Assembly (NCBI GenBank): GCA_038997165.1
Contig: JAWBAK010000001.1
Coordinates: 61,926-125,925, forward strand
From: Candidatus Aenigmatarchaeota archaeon
GTDB taxonomy: Archaea; Aenigmatarchaeota; Aenigmatarchaeia; CG10238-14; SpSt-28
Direction: 5' to 3'
DNA: 64,000 nucleotides
Part shown: positions 24,919-34,345 of the stretch, piece after piece
Layout: every line of letters begins with the position of its first letter
Numbering within the stretch: the stretch's first letter is position 1
Position numbers and translations under genes: made by a program
Notes under the pieces: generated by a model
The model's input: the letters and a program-made list of their open reading frames with translations, nothing else
Databases searched by the model: none
What the model was told of the DNA's origin: nothing

Positions 24919-27900
24919 AAAAAATATTAATAATAGCTATATTTTTGTTTTTTGGTTTATTAATATCCTTTTTTATTTCAAATTTCACAGGATTTTTTGT
25001 TTATAGATATGTAGAAGATAAATGGTGGAATTCTAGTTATAATTTTAGAATTAAAATAGAAATTGATAGTAGTGATTATGTTAGAACTAATTGGCCAATA
25101 GAGATTTTTATAAATTTTACCAAAAAGTTAGAAGAATTAAATATAAGCGGAAACTTAGATTTAAATTCTTTAAGATTAGTTGAATATGATAACAACGGCA
25201 ATCCAATAGGAATTATTCCATTTCAATTCGATATAGAAGAAAATTTTAACAAATCAAATAATGCAGTTGGAGAGCTAGTTTTCATTTTAAACGGAACAAA
25301 CAATGCAAAAAGAAAATTTTATTTATATTTTGACATAGAAGAAAATGGCTTAAAAGAAAGAGTAGAATTTCCAACAAATCTTTCTTATTCCATAGAAAAC
25401 AATTTAATTAAAATTAACACAACCGGATTTATTTTTACATTAGCAAATACATCTAATAAATTTGGTTTTGTAAATATTGAAAGAAAAGAAGAGTTTGGCG
25501 GCTTATATATATTTTATCCATCCGATATCCCTTTTGAATATTCAACAACATATAATCAATCCCATCAGTTTTTCTATATTCCATATGATTTAGAAATTAT
25601 TGAAGGTCCAATAAGATTGGGGATAAAAGTAAAAATGGTTGAAATAGATAATTTTGGAAATATAACTGGAATAAACTATACGAAGACATATTACTTCTAT
25701 AATTATGCTGGCCCCGGAAGTTTAGAAGATGTAGCTGCTAATTTAGTTAAGATTAAGCAAAAGTTCTTAGGTAATGCTATAAGGTTTTCAAACTATTCTT
25801 TTGGATTCGAAGTATCTAATTTATATGGAGATCCTCAAGTAAATATTGGATTTGATGTAAATCTAAACAATCCATACTCATATGCTTATGCATTTAGAGG
25901 TTCTTTTAGCGCCATGATAATTAACCTAAATTATTCTAATATAGAATTTTTTGCAAATAGCGATAGCGAAAGTTTTATAGGTTTTTACTTTAATGAAAAT
26001 GAAATAAATAATGCTGAGCATATTGGCTTAGCTTTTTTTGGTATATTATCTACACCAGAAGAACAAGAATATCCATATAAAATCTTAAATGGATTTTCAA
26101 ATCCAATAAGTATCAATATTTATAGTACTGAAAATAGAGAAGTTATATTTGGAGTTCATACTGAATTTGATATATATAATAGAGGGGAAAATGTAAAAAT
26201 TGTTGCATATAACATTTCAGATCCATACAATCTTGTATCTTATGTAATTGCAAGAATTGATAGAGGAACAGAAAATGAAAACGATGATATAATTTTAGAA
26301 TTATTCGATGATGGGCAACATAACGATAATTTACCAAATGATAAAATCTTTGGAAACAACTTTACTATTTTACCTATTGATGAAATTGGAATTTGGAAAA
26401 TAAAAATTTATGTTTTCGATTCTAATAATGTATTGCTAGCAACTAATGAAACTTATTTTAATGTTACAAATATTTTGCGCGTAGAAACCAATATAATTAA
26501 TAAACATGGAGATGTTAATAGAATTTTACAAGCTTTAGTTAATGTAAAGAATTTTAGAGAAGATGAAAACATAACAAATGCAGAAATAAAATGTTTTGAT
26601 AATGGAATTGAAAAAGAAATAGATGTATTAAATTTTAATAACGGAACTTATTTAATTTCTATTAATTCCTCTAGTAATCCAGGATATAATATTTTAAACT
26701 GTTCGGCATCATATTTAAATAATAGCGGATATGATTTCGATATATATGATTCCACAGATGTTATAACTTATCTTTCTATAGAAGCTATTCCAAATTCGTA
26801 TTTTGCTGAAAACATTACATTTTATTCTAGTGAAAGCTTCAAAGTAATTATAAATGTTACTAATTTACACATAGGTTACGCTTATGATGTTAACATAACA
26901 TTTAATACTTCAAATTCCATTGAAGTAATCCCAGAAATAGAATATTGTGATAATATTTACATCGAAGAATATTGTACAAAAGAATTTATAGTAATAATAA
27001 AAAATGCAACTTTACCTAACGTATATAATATAACTGCTATAGTAAATTGGAGAAATCATGACGAAAGCTATAGCTCTAACACAACAAATATAACTATTGA
27101 AGTAAAGAGTAATAAAATTTTAGAAATTTATCCAGATGAAATTTTTAGTGTGAATCCTCCTGGAAAGGAAACATACTTAGGCAAAATAATTCTTAATTCT
27201 ACTGGAAATGATTTTGTTTATAACATTTCTTTTTCTTCTAATATTACTGATTTAGAGTTTATATTTAATCCAAATATAAGTTATATAGAGCCTGGAAAAA
27301 TAGTTGAAATAAATGTTAATGTTAGTATTCCATTAGGATATCCTGCTGGAACTTATTATGGAATTATAAATGTTAGTAGTGAAATTGGATATAAAGAAAT
27401 TAATTTAACTTTAAAGGTTAGCGGAACAAATGCAACAATAGAAATTTATCCAAATTATTATTTTGCCGAAAATATTACAACTTTAACATCGGAAAGCTTT
27501 GAAGTTATAATAAATGTTACTAATATAGGAAATGTAGATGCCTTCTTTTCAAACATTTCTATAGAATTGCCAAATGACAATTTTTCTTCTAACATAACTT
27601 TTTTTGATTGTGGAAATCTATCTGCAAAAGAAAGTTGTATTATATTTGTAAAAATAAATATAAAGGAATTAACATTACCAAACATATATGAAATAATTTA
27701 TTTCTTCAATTGGACTGATATAGGTTTAGAAAGTAGAAGCATAAGTAATAAAACTATTGTTGAAGTAAAGAGTAATAAATTTTTAGAAATTTATCCAGAT
27801 GAATTTATAGTAAGTGCTAATCATAACGAAACTAAAAATATAGGCAAAATAATTCTTAATTCTACTGGAAATGATTTTGTTTATAACATTTCTTTTTCTT

Positions 27901-30641
27901 CTAATATTACTGATTTAGAGTTTATATTTAATCCAAATATAAGTTATATAGAGCCTGGAAAAATAGTTGAAATAAATGTTAATGTTAGTATTCCATTAGG
28001 ATATCCTGCTGGAACTTATTATGGAATTATAAATGTTAGTAGTGAAATTGGATATAAGGAAATATTGCTTAACATAACTATTTTGAGAGATGGGTTTTGG
28101 ATTATAGATAAGGATTATTGTGAAGCTACGTTTTATCCACCTATTGGAATAGTTTGTGAAATAAATATAGAAAATTTGGGAAATATACCATTAAACTTTA
28201 ATATTACACCAAAAGAAGTAAATTATACCTGGATTAATGTAACTGATTTTACTATTTATCCACAAACAAACTATAGTTTTGAAATTTATTATGATGTTAG
28301 AAATGCTCCATTAGAGTTTATTTATGCTACATATAATATAAGCGCTATAGAAGTGGATGCAATACCTAAGTTTAGATTAATAAACATAAGCTTAAGACCA
28401 TTTATTGGTGCAATAGCAAACCTAACTATTTTTCCAAATATAACTTCGCAATCCTCTAACATAACAATTAATGCTTCTGTATTCGATAGAAGTGGAATTG
28501 GTATGGATTATGTAATTGCAATAATACAAAAACCAGATGGTTTAACAGAGAATATAACATTAACTAAAATCTCGGAAATCAATAGAACTTCTGTTTGGAT
28601 AGGAAATTTTAGTAATACTACACTAAGCGGAAAATATTTTGTAATTTTGGAGATGAAGGATAATGCAAACATAACTACTTATGCCTATGGTAATTTTTCT
28701 GTATATAAAATTCTGTTTCCAAACATATACATTAATAAAGATGAATATGAAAGAGGGGAAAGCATTTCTATATATTTTAATTTAGTTGATTATGCCAATA
28801 TTGGTATTGATAATGCAAGCGTAAGATTAAGAGTATTTAATCCAAGCGGATACAAAATATTCGATGAAATATATGTAACTGAAAATGGGAAAATTCCTAT
28901 AGCAGTTATTAATATACCGACAGATGCAGAATTAGGTAGCTATTCTATTATTGCTAACATAAGCTATTACGACGAAATCAAAGAAGATTTTTCTTATTCG
29001 AGTGATTTAAAAAGTTTCTTAGTTGTTGAAAAACCAAAAATTTCTCTTTTTGCAGATTTAGAAACGAGTGTAGTATGGTATCCAGAAAATGTAATAAAAT
29101 TTGCAATGACTTTCTATGATAATAGAGGAAATCTTTTTGATCCAGATTATGCAGAGCTAAACGTTTTTGATCCCGCAGAAAACTTATATTTTTCAAAAAA
29201 TATAAGCGAATTTAAAAAAGAAAGCTTAGGTTTCTATACTTTAAAGTATGCAATGCATCCCTATACTGCTACAGGTGCATACTTAGCTATTTTGAATTTT
29301 AGTAAAATGAATATTTCTTCAATAAAAACAAAAATGTTTAGGGTAAGTGCTGGTGGACCTTTTGACTTAAAAGTTAATCTTCTAAAAAAAGAGGTAGAAA
29401 GAGGAGATTTGCTACCTTTTGAAATTACAATAATTAACATGGGTGAAGTTAGTATGGATGTTTTTATTGAATATTATGTAAGTGATAAAGATGGTGAAGT
29501 TTATTATTATTCTAGTGAATGGATTTATTCGCCAGCAGCATCAAATAAAACAATTTTAAGAAATGTTTATATATTTTCTAATCAGCCGCTAGGCTTACAT
29601 TATTTAAATGTTATTATGACTTATGATACTATAAAACCTCCACTAAAAGTTAATGAAAGTTTTATTGTAATTGAGAAAATTGAAAAACCTGCACCAATAC
29701 ATAAACCGGTTCAACCAACGATACCAATTGTTGAAATTGCTCCAATAACTCCAAATATAACTAAAAATTATAGTATCGAATTTTTATATATACCTAAAGA
29801 GGTAAGAGTTGCTGCTGGTGAAGAAAAAAGTTTTTTAGTTGTAATAAAAAATGATGGAAATCAACCATTAACTAATGTTGAAGTCAAATTATTAGGAATT
29901 GATACTAGCTGGTATAAAATAAAAAATGAATCATTAAAGTTTTTTGATGTAAATCAGACTATTATTTTTGAAATAATTTTACTAATTCCAAAAAATATAA
30001 AGCAACAAGAAATTAACGTTGTGTTTTATTTTAAATCTTTTGAATTTTTTACATCTAAAGAATTTATATTAAAAATATTTCCATCTTTAGAAGAAATGTT
30101 ACTAGATGAATTAAAAGAATTAAAATCAAAATTAATAGATTTAAAAATTAAAACTTATGAAGCAAAAATACAAAATAAAAATGTTAGTGAAGTAGAAAAA
30201 ATAATAACTAAATGCGAAGAATTAATTAAATTAATAGAAGATTTAATCAAATCTAAAGAATATACAGAAGCTAGTATAAAACTATATGAATTAAGAAGTT
30301 TAATAGATAAAGGTTATTATTTGCTAGAAATTGCTACATTTATAATAAAATTTGAATGGGAAAAATTTTTGTTCATCATTACTTTAATAACTATTATTTC
30401 TGGAATAATCTCAATAATTATACTCTATGTATTAAATACTAGAAAACTACAAAAAATAACTTATAAAGCTGTCGAAAGTACAATTCAAGAACTTAAAAAG
30501 ATAAAATTCGAAAATAAAAAAGAGGAAATAGAAAAAACTAAAAAAATTTTAGATATTCTAGAAAAAGAATATAAAGAAGGAATTATTTCAAAAGAAACTT
30601 ACGAAGAATTAAAAAAGAAATATGAAGAAAAATTGAAATAA
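24915..30641 (+). CDS. 1908-aa surface protein: N-terminal signal/anchor, CARDB-like beta-sandwich repeats, Pro-rich linker, C-terminal TM helix and a cytoplasmic coiled-coil tail ending in a SHOCT-like motif
   Basis: Starts MKKILIIAIFLFFGLLISFFISNF. Many NxS/T sequons. Motifs include VTNLHIGYAYDVNITF and VTNIGNVDAFFSNISI. Linker KPAPIHKPVQPTIPIVEIAPITP (about 29686-29755). TM FIITLITIISGIISIIILYVL (about 30366-30440). The tail ends ...KEYKEGIISKETYEELKKKYEEKLK. ATGA-coupled to the upstream gene. Confidence 0.85.
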   Translation: MKKILIIAIFLFFGLLISFFISNFTGFFVYRYVEDKWWNSSYNFRIKIEIDSSDYVRTNWPIEIFINFTKKLEELNISGNLDLNSLRLVEYDNNGNPIGIIPFQFDIEENFNKSNNAVGELVFILNGTNNAKRKFYLYFDIEENGLKERVEFPTNLSYSIENNLIKINTTGFIFTLANTSNKFGFVNIERKEEFGGLYIFYPSDIPFEYSTTYNQSHQFFYIPYDLEIIEGPIRLGIKVKMVEIDNFGNITGINYTKTYYFYNYAGPGSLEDVAANLVKIKQKFLGNAIRFSNYSFGFEVSNLYGDPQVNIGFDVNLNNPYSYAYAFRGSFSAMIINLNYSNIEFFANSDSESFIGFYFNENEINNAEHIGLAFFGILSTPEEQEYPYKILNGFSNPISINIYSTENREVIFGVHTEFDIYNRGENVKIVAYNISDPYNLVSYVIARIDRGTENENDDIILELFDDGQHNDNLPNDKIFGNNFTILPIDEIGIWKIKIYVFDSNNVLLATNETYFNVTNILRVETNIINKHGDVNRILQALVNVKNFREDENITNAEIKCFDNGIEKEIDVLNFNNGTYLISINSSSNPGYNILNCSASYLNNSGYDFDIYDSTDVITYLSIEAIPNSYFAENITFYSSESFKVIINVTNLHIGYAYDVNITFNTSNSIEVIPEIEYCDNIYIEEYCTKEFIVIIKNATLPNVYNITAIVNWRNHDESYSSNTTNITIEVKSNKILEIYPDEIFSVNPPGKETYLGKIILNSTGNDFVYNISFSSNITDLEFIFNPNISYIEPGKIVEINVNVSIPLGYPAGTYYGIINVSSEIGYKEINLTLKVSGTNATIEIYPNYYFAENITTLTSESFEVIINVTNIGNVDAFFSNISIELPNDNFSSNITFFDCGNLSAKESCIIFVKINIKELTLPNIYEIIYFFNWTDIGLESRSISNKTIVEVKSNKFLEIYPDEFIVSANHNETKNIGKIILNSTGNDFVYNISFSSNITDLEFIFNPNISYIEPGKIVEINVNVSIPLGYPAGTYYGIINVSSEIGYKEILLNITILRDGFWIIDKDYCEATFYPPIGIVCEINIENLGNIPLNFNITPKEVNYTWINVTDFTIYPQTNYSFEIYYDVRNAPLEFIYATYNISAIEVDAIPKFRLINISLRPFIGAIANLTIFPNITSQSSNITINASVFDRSGIGMDYVIAIIQKPDGLTENITLTKISEINRTSVWIGNFSNTTLSGKYFVILEMKDNANITTYAYGNFSVYKILFPNIYINKDEYERGESISIYFNLVDYANIGIDNASVRLRVFNPSGYKIFDEIYVTENGKIPIAVINIPTDAELGSYSIIANISYYDEIKEDFSYSSDLKSFLVVEKPKISLFADLETSVVWYPENVIKFAMTFYDNRGNLFDPDYAELNVFDPAENLYFSKNISEFKKESLGFYTLKYAMHPYTATGAYLAILNFSKMNISSIKTKMFRVSAGGPFDLKVNLLKKEVERGDLLPFEITIINMGEVSMDVFIEYYVSDKDGEVYYYSSEWIYSPAASNKTILRNVYIFSNQPLGLHYLNVIMTYDTIKPPLKVNESFIVIEKIEKPAPIHKPVQPTIPIVEIAPITPNITKNYSIEFLYIPKEVRVAAGEEKSFLVVIKNDGNQPLTNVEVKLLGIDTSWYKIKNESLKFFDVNQTIIFEIILLIPKNIKQQEINVVFYFKSFEFFTSKEFILKIFPSLEEMLLDELKELKSKLIDLKIKTYEAKIQNKNVSEVEKIITKCEELIKLIEDLIKSKEYTEASIKLYELRSLIDKGYYLLEIATFIIKFEWEKFLFIITLITIISGIISIIILYVLNTRKLQKITYKAVESTIQELKKIKFENKKEEIEKTKKILDILEKEYKEGIISKETYEELKKKYEEKLK
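27099..28063 (+). repeat. Internal tandem duplication (period 663 nt) in the 1908-aa gene: a two-domain unit repeated twice, with the second sub-domain nucleotide-identical between copies
   Basis: Block 27180-27395 equals 27843-28058 (216 nt identical, encoding GKIILNSTGNDFVYNISFSSNITDLEFIFNPNISYIEPGKIVEINVNVSIPLGYPAGTYYGIINVSSEIGYK). The 5' part of each unit (KSNK(I/F)LEIYPDE...) is near-identical for ~42 nt and then diverges. Confidence 0.9.
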
Positions 30642-30674
30642 ACCATATTTGTTATTTATAGTGATAAATTATTT

Positions 30675-31442
30675 ATGGCAGAAATTATAGCCTTTTTATC
30701 TGGAAAAGGTGGTGTTGGTAAGACTACTATTGCAATTAACATAGCAAACGTTTTGTCGACATATTTTAGAAGAAAAGTATTAATTGTCGATACAAATTTT
30801 ACAACCTCTCATTTGGGTTTAAGTTTAGGAATTTTTTATCCAGAAGGAAATTTAAATAAAGTATTAAGAGGAGAAATGAATGTTGAAGATGCTATACATA
30901 ATTATTCTTTAGGTCTTGACTTATTGCCGCTATCTTTATCTATTAGAGATTTAGAAGGGATTGATATATTAAAATTTCCAAGAGTTTTAGAAAGTGTTAA
31001 TTACCGATATGATTATATAATTTTAGATGCAGCTCCAGGACTCGGAAGAGAAGCTATTTTATCTATTAAAAATGCTAATAAAATAGTTTATATTGCTCTG
31101 CCTATAATGCAAAGTGTTGTAGATATAGTTAGAACTCAAGAAGTTGTAAGAGAGTTTGAAAAAAAAGAATTAGGAATTATATTAAACATGGTTAGAAACA
31201 AACCTTATGAAATGAGAGATAACGATATTGAAGGATTAACAAATTTAAAAATAATTGGAAAAATTCCATATGATGAAAGATTTTTAATTTCAAATGCACA
31301 TAAATTGCCCTATACAACCCTTTATCAAAATAACAAAACTTATGAAGAATTTCTAAAGATTTGTAGTATTTTAACAAATCAAAAAATAGAAATTAAAAAA
31401 AGTTTGTTTGGAAGAATATTAGAATTTTTATTTAAAAAATAA
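30675..31442 (+). CDS. MinD/ParA-family (SIMIBI) ATPase, 255 aa
   Basis: Deviant Walker A FLSGKGGVGKTTIAINIA. Blocks VDTNFTTSHLGLSL and IILDAAPG (Walker B-like). Size typical of MinD/ParA/Mrp. Confidence 0.85.
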   Translation: MAEIIAFLSGKGGVGKTTIAINIANVLSTYFRRKVLIVDTNFTTSHLGLSLGIFYPEGNLNKVLRGEMNVEDAIHNYSLGLDLLPLSLSIRDLEGIDILKFPRVLESVNYRYDYIILDAAPGLGREAILSIKNANKIVYIALPIMQSVVDIVRTQEVVREFEKKELGIILNMVRNKPYEMRDNDIEGLTNLKIIGKIPYDERFLISNAHKLPYTTLYQNNKTYEEFLKICSILTNQKIEIKKSLFGRILEFLFKK

Positions 31443-31454
31443 TATATATTAATT

Positions 31455-31682
31455 ATGGTTTACAATATAAGTTTAACATTAATATTAGCTATATTACTAA
31501 TTAGTATCTCTTTTTTATTTTTATTAATATATAAAAAAAGAAAGAAGAGTATAGATGAATTAATACAAGAAATTGAAAATAATCTATTAGATATTAAAAA
31601 AAATCTAGAAAATATTCGTTTAATTTTAAAAAAAGAGCAAAAAGAAATAAAGAGAAAACATGCCAGAAAGAGGAGCATTTGA
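31455..31682 (+). CDS. 75-aa single-TM protein with a basic/coiled-coil tail
   Basis: MVYNISLTLILAILLISISFLFLLIYKKRKK... The hydrophobic N-terminus is followed by KKRKK. It overlaps the next ORF start by 23 nt. Short, so the call is uncertain. Confidence 0.45.
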   Translation: MVYNISLTLILAILLISISFLFLLIYKKRKKSIDELIQEIENNLLDIKKNLENIRLILKKEQKEIKRKHARKRSI

Positions 31683-33561
31683 AGAATTATTAATAGAAGT
31701 TGCTACTAAAATAGCTGAATTAGAAAAAAAAATAAAGAGTGGAAGTTCTGAAGAAATAAAAAGAGTTGAAGAAAATCTTCAAAATCAAATAAATGAGCTA
31801 TCAAAAGTATTAAACGAAATTGCAAACGAAGTTAAGAAAAAAAGAAGAGAAAAAGATCAAACAATAGATTTAATTAGGTCAAATATTGAAGAAAAATTGA
31901 AATTATTCGAGGAAAAACTAAAAAATTTAGAAAGAATTGATTCTATAGAAAGCGAATTAAGAAAATTAAGAGAAGAAAGAGAAAAAAAAGATGATTTTTT
32001 TGGAGATTTGATTAGTGCTTATGAAAAAGAAAAACAATTAAAAATAAGTGATAAAATTGAAGAAATAGATAATAGATTAAAAAATTTAGAAGATGTAATA
32101 AAATTCGTTAAAGATGAAATCCATAAAATTAGAGAATTGGAAGAAATAAAAAAATCTAATTTAGAACATGAAAGAAGAATTTCATATTTAGAAAATTTTC
32201 TTAAACCAGATAAAATTATAAAATTTGAACAAATAGATAACTTTTTCAACAAGGAACTTCCAAAAAGATTAGATAAAGAATTTCAAATAAGAGCTGAAGT
32301 GCTAATAAAAGATATAAAAAATCTAGAAAACGAAATAAATAAATTAAAAAGTTTTTTATTGAGCAAGTCTGGAGAAATTGGATTTCTACTAAAAGAGGTT
32401 AAAAAAATTTCTGATATAGAAAATAAAATAGAAGAAATTTCAAAAAATACTTATAAACTAAATAATATATTAAAAGAATTAGAAAACGTAAATCTTATAA
32501 ATAAAAATGAAGTTGAAATATTAAAATTAAAAATTAATGAAATAGATAAATATGTAAATGAAAATTTAAAAATTTTTGAAAAAATTAAAAATAACATACA
32601 TCTATTTCAAAAGATTTTAGATGAACATGAAGATATAAAGAAAAATATTGAAAAAGTAAATGAAAAAATTATTGAATATGCAAACGAAATAAAAATATTT
32701 GAGGAAAAAATAGAAGAAATTAAAAAAAATCTAAAGAATTTAGTCAGTGAAGATTTATTAAAAGTTGAAATTGAAAAAAATGAAAACAATTTTAATGAAA
32801 TAAATAAAAATTTTGAAAAGCTCAAATTAGATTTAAGTTTGATTAAAAAAGAAATTGATAATTTAAAAACATTTTTTGAAATTAATAAAATACAAAACAT
32901 TGTAAATAATTTTAATGGAATTTTAAGAAATTTATCTTTAATAAATCAAAGAATTGCAAAACTCGAAAATATTATTAATTTAGAAAAAATAGAAGAAAAT
33001 GAAAAAAATTATAAAAAACTAGATAATAGAATTATAAATTGCGAATTAGAAATAGAAAATATTAAAGAAGCTTTTCTAAATATTGAGAAATATTATAAAG
33101 AAAATATATCTTTTTTAGAGAATGTTAATATAAATTTAAATGCTTTGAAAAAAATATTAGCTGAAACAACCGAAAAAATAAGAAACTTTGAAAATTTTGT
33201 AAATACTAATAATCAAAAATCCAACCAAATTTTAAGTGAATCAGTAAAAATTTTAAAGATTATAAAATCTATTGAAAAAGAAATAAATGAAAAATTGTTT
33301 GAAATAACGAGTATAGAAAATAAAATTAAATCGCTTGAAAATTTAAAAAGAGATGTTGAAGAAATGAAAAAAGTTTATAGCAATTTTGATGCCAAAAAAA
33401 TTGAGGAAAAAATATCTAGTATTATCGAAAAAATTAGATATATACAAGAGTTTGATAAAAACGAAATTGAAAGAATAAAATTAGATGTAATAAATTTAGA
33501 AAAAGAAATAAAAGCACTAGAAAAAAAATATTTAGAAATTATTCAATTTCTTAAAGAATGA
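31660..33561 (+). CDS. 633-aa K/E/I/N-rich coiled-coil protein, no nucleotide-binding motifs
   Basis: Continuous heptad-like sequence (ELEKKIKS..., LKNLENEINKLK...). No Walker A/B or SMC signature, no TM. ATGA-coupled to the next gene at 33558. Confidence 0.75.
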   Translation: MPERGAFEELLIEVATKIAELEKKIKSGSSEEIKRVEENLQNQINELSKVLNEIANEVKKKRREKDQTIDLIRSNIEEKLKLFEEKLKNLERIDSIESELRKLREEREKKDDFFGDLISAYEKEKQLKISDKIEEIDNRLKNLEDVIKFVKDEIHKIRELEEIKKSNLEHERRISYLENFLKPDKIIKFEQIDNFFNKELPKRLDKEFQIRAEVLIKDIKNLENEINKLKSFLLSKSGEIGFLLKEVKKISDIENKIEEISKNTYKLNNILKELENVNLINKNEVEILKLKINEIDKYVNENLKIFEKIKNNIHLFQKILDEHEDIKKNIEKVNEKIIEYANEIKIFEEKIEEIKKNLKNLVSEDLLKVEIEKNENNFNEINKNFEKLKLDLSLIKKEIDNLKTFFEINKIQNIVNNFNGILRNLSLINQRIAKLENIINLEKIEENEKNYKKLDNRIINCELEIENIKEAFLNIEKYYKENISFLENVNINLNALKKILAETTEKIRNFENFVNTNNQKSNQILSESVKILKIIKSIEKEINEKLFEITSIENKIKSLENLKRDVEEMKKVYSNFDAKKIEEKISSIIEKIRYIQEFDKNEIERIKLDVINLEKEIKALEKKYLEIIQFLKE

Positions 33562-34214
33562 GTGAAATTCTCGAAATATTGAAAAAGAAAAAAGAATATG
33601 AAAAAATTAGAGAAGAAATTAAGAATGTATCAAACAAATTAAGTCAATTAGAAAATAATTTTATTTATTTAAATAGAGAATTTAATAATCTAAAAGAGGA
33701 ATTTAATAAACTTAAAGAATTAGATCCTATACTTTCAAAATTATTAGAAACTATAAAAAAAATTGAGGAATTTGAAACAAATATAAAAGAAATTAAAGAT
33801 TTAAAAGAGAAATTGAAAATAGATTTAGAGAAAAAAACAAAAAAGAAAATAATTAAACTAATAGAAAAATTAAACTTAAAAGAAAATATTAAAAAAGATA
33901 TAGAAAAAGAAATGAATAAAATTTTAAATGAAAAAATTAATGAAATTGAGAAAAAATATTGGAAGGATTTATCTGAAATAAAGGAATTGAGAAAAAACAT
34001 TGAAAATTTAAAAATTGAAAAGAATAGATTGAATGAAAAAATTTTTGAGTTTGGAAAAATTGAAAATTATTTAAATGAAAAGATTAGAAGAATCGAAAAT
34101 GAAATTGAAAGAATTAAAGGAAAGGTAGAGGAATATGTTAATGAAGTTATAAAAGAAGTAGAGGAATATGTTAATAATTCAATTAAAAAAATTGTTAAGA
34201 ATAGGGGGGTTTAA
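33558..34214 (+). CDS. 218-aa coiled-coil protein
   Basis: K/E/I-rich heptads. Ends ...KNRGV with a G6 tract in the last codons (34204-34209). Confidence 0.7.
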   Translation: MSEILEILKKKKEYEKIREEIKNVSNKLSQLENNFIYLNREFNNLKEEFNKLKELDPILSKLLETIKKIEEFETNIKEIKDLKEKLKIDLEKKTKKKIIKLIEKLNLKENIKKDIEKEMNKILNEKINEIEKKYWKDLSEIKELRKNIENLKIEKNRLNEKIFEFGKIENYLNEKIRRIENEIERIKGKVEEYVNEVIKEVEEYVNNSIKKIVKNRGV

Positions 34215-34340
34215 TATTTTAAAGTTAAAAATATTAATATTAAACTAAGTAATATTACTATGGTACAATTATTTTACTCTTTTTTCATTTTAAAAAACAT
34301 GAAAGAAAATGATACAGCTACTCTCGATGGGAAGGGGGGG
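34204..34340. repeat. Two G homopolymer tracts (G6 at 34204-34209, G7 at 34334-34340) each immediately followed by TAA, flanking a 130-nt AT-rich spacer that holds a 14-codon uORF (34300-34344, MKENDTATLDGKGG)
   Basis: Seen directly: ...aagaataggggggtttaa... and ...gatgggaagggggggtaaaaATG. The G7 sits 5 nt upstream of the ATG at 34346, in Shine-Dalgarno position. G runs of 6 or more are otherwise almost absent from this window. Confidence 0.6.
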
Positions 34341-34345
34341 TAAAA

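Noticed and set aside
27099-28063. Possibility that the long direct repeats here and at 35875/37441, 51061/51331 and 54038/54803 are CRISPR arrays or IS/MITE copies
   Set aside because: All of them lie in frame inside coding sequence and encode repeated protein domains. There is no regular short repeat-spacer periodicity, no terminal inverted repeats, and no transposase, integrase or cas genes in the window.
31460-31678. 72-aa minus-strand ORF that exactly overlaps the 75-aa plus-strand TM-protein ORF
   Set aside because: It is a low-complexity antisense shadow. The plus-strand reading is preferred because it is co-oriented and coupled with neighbouring genes. Both are short and uncertain.
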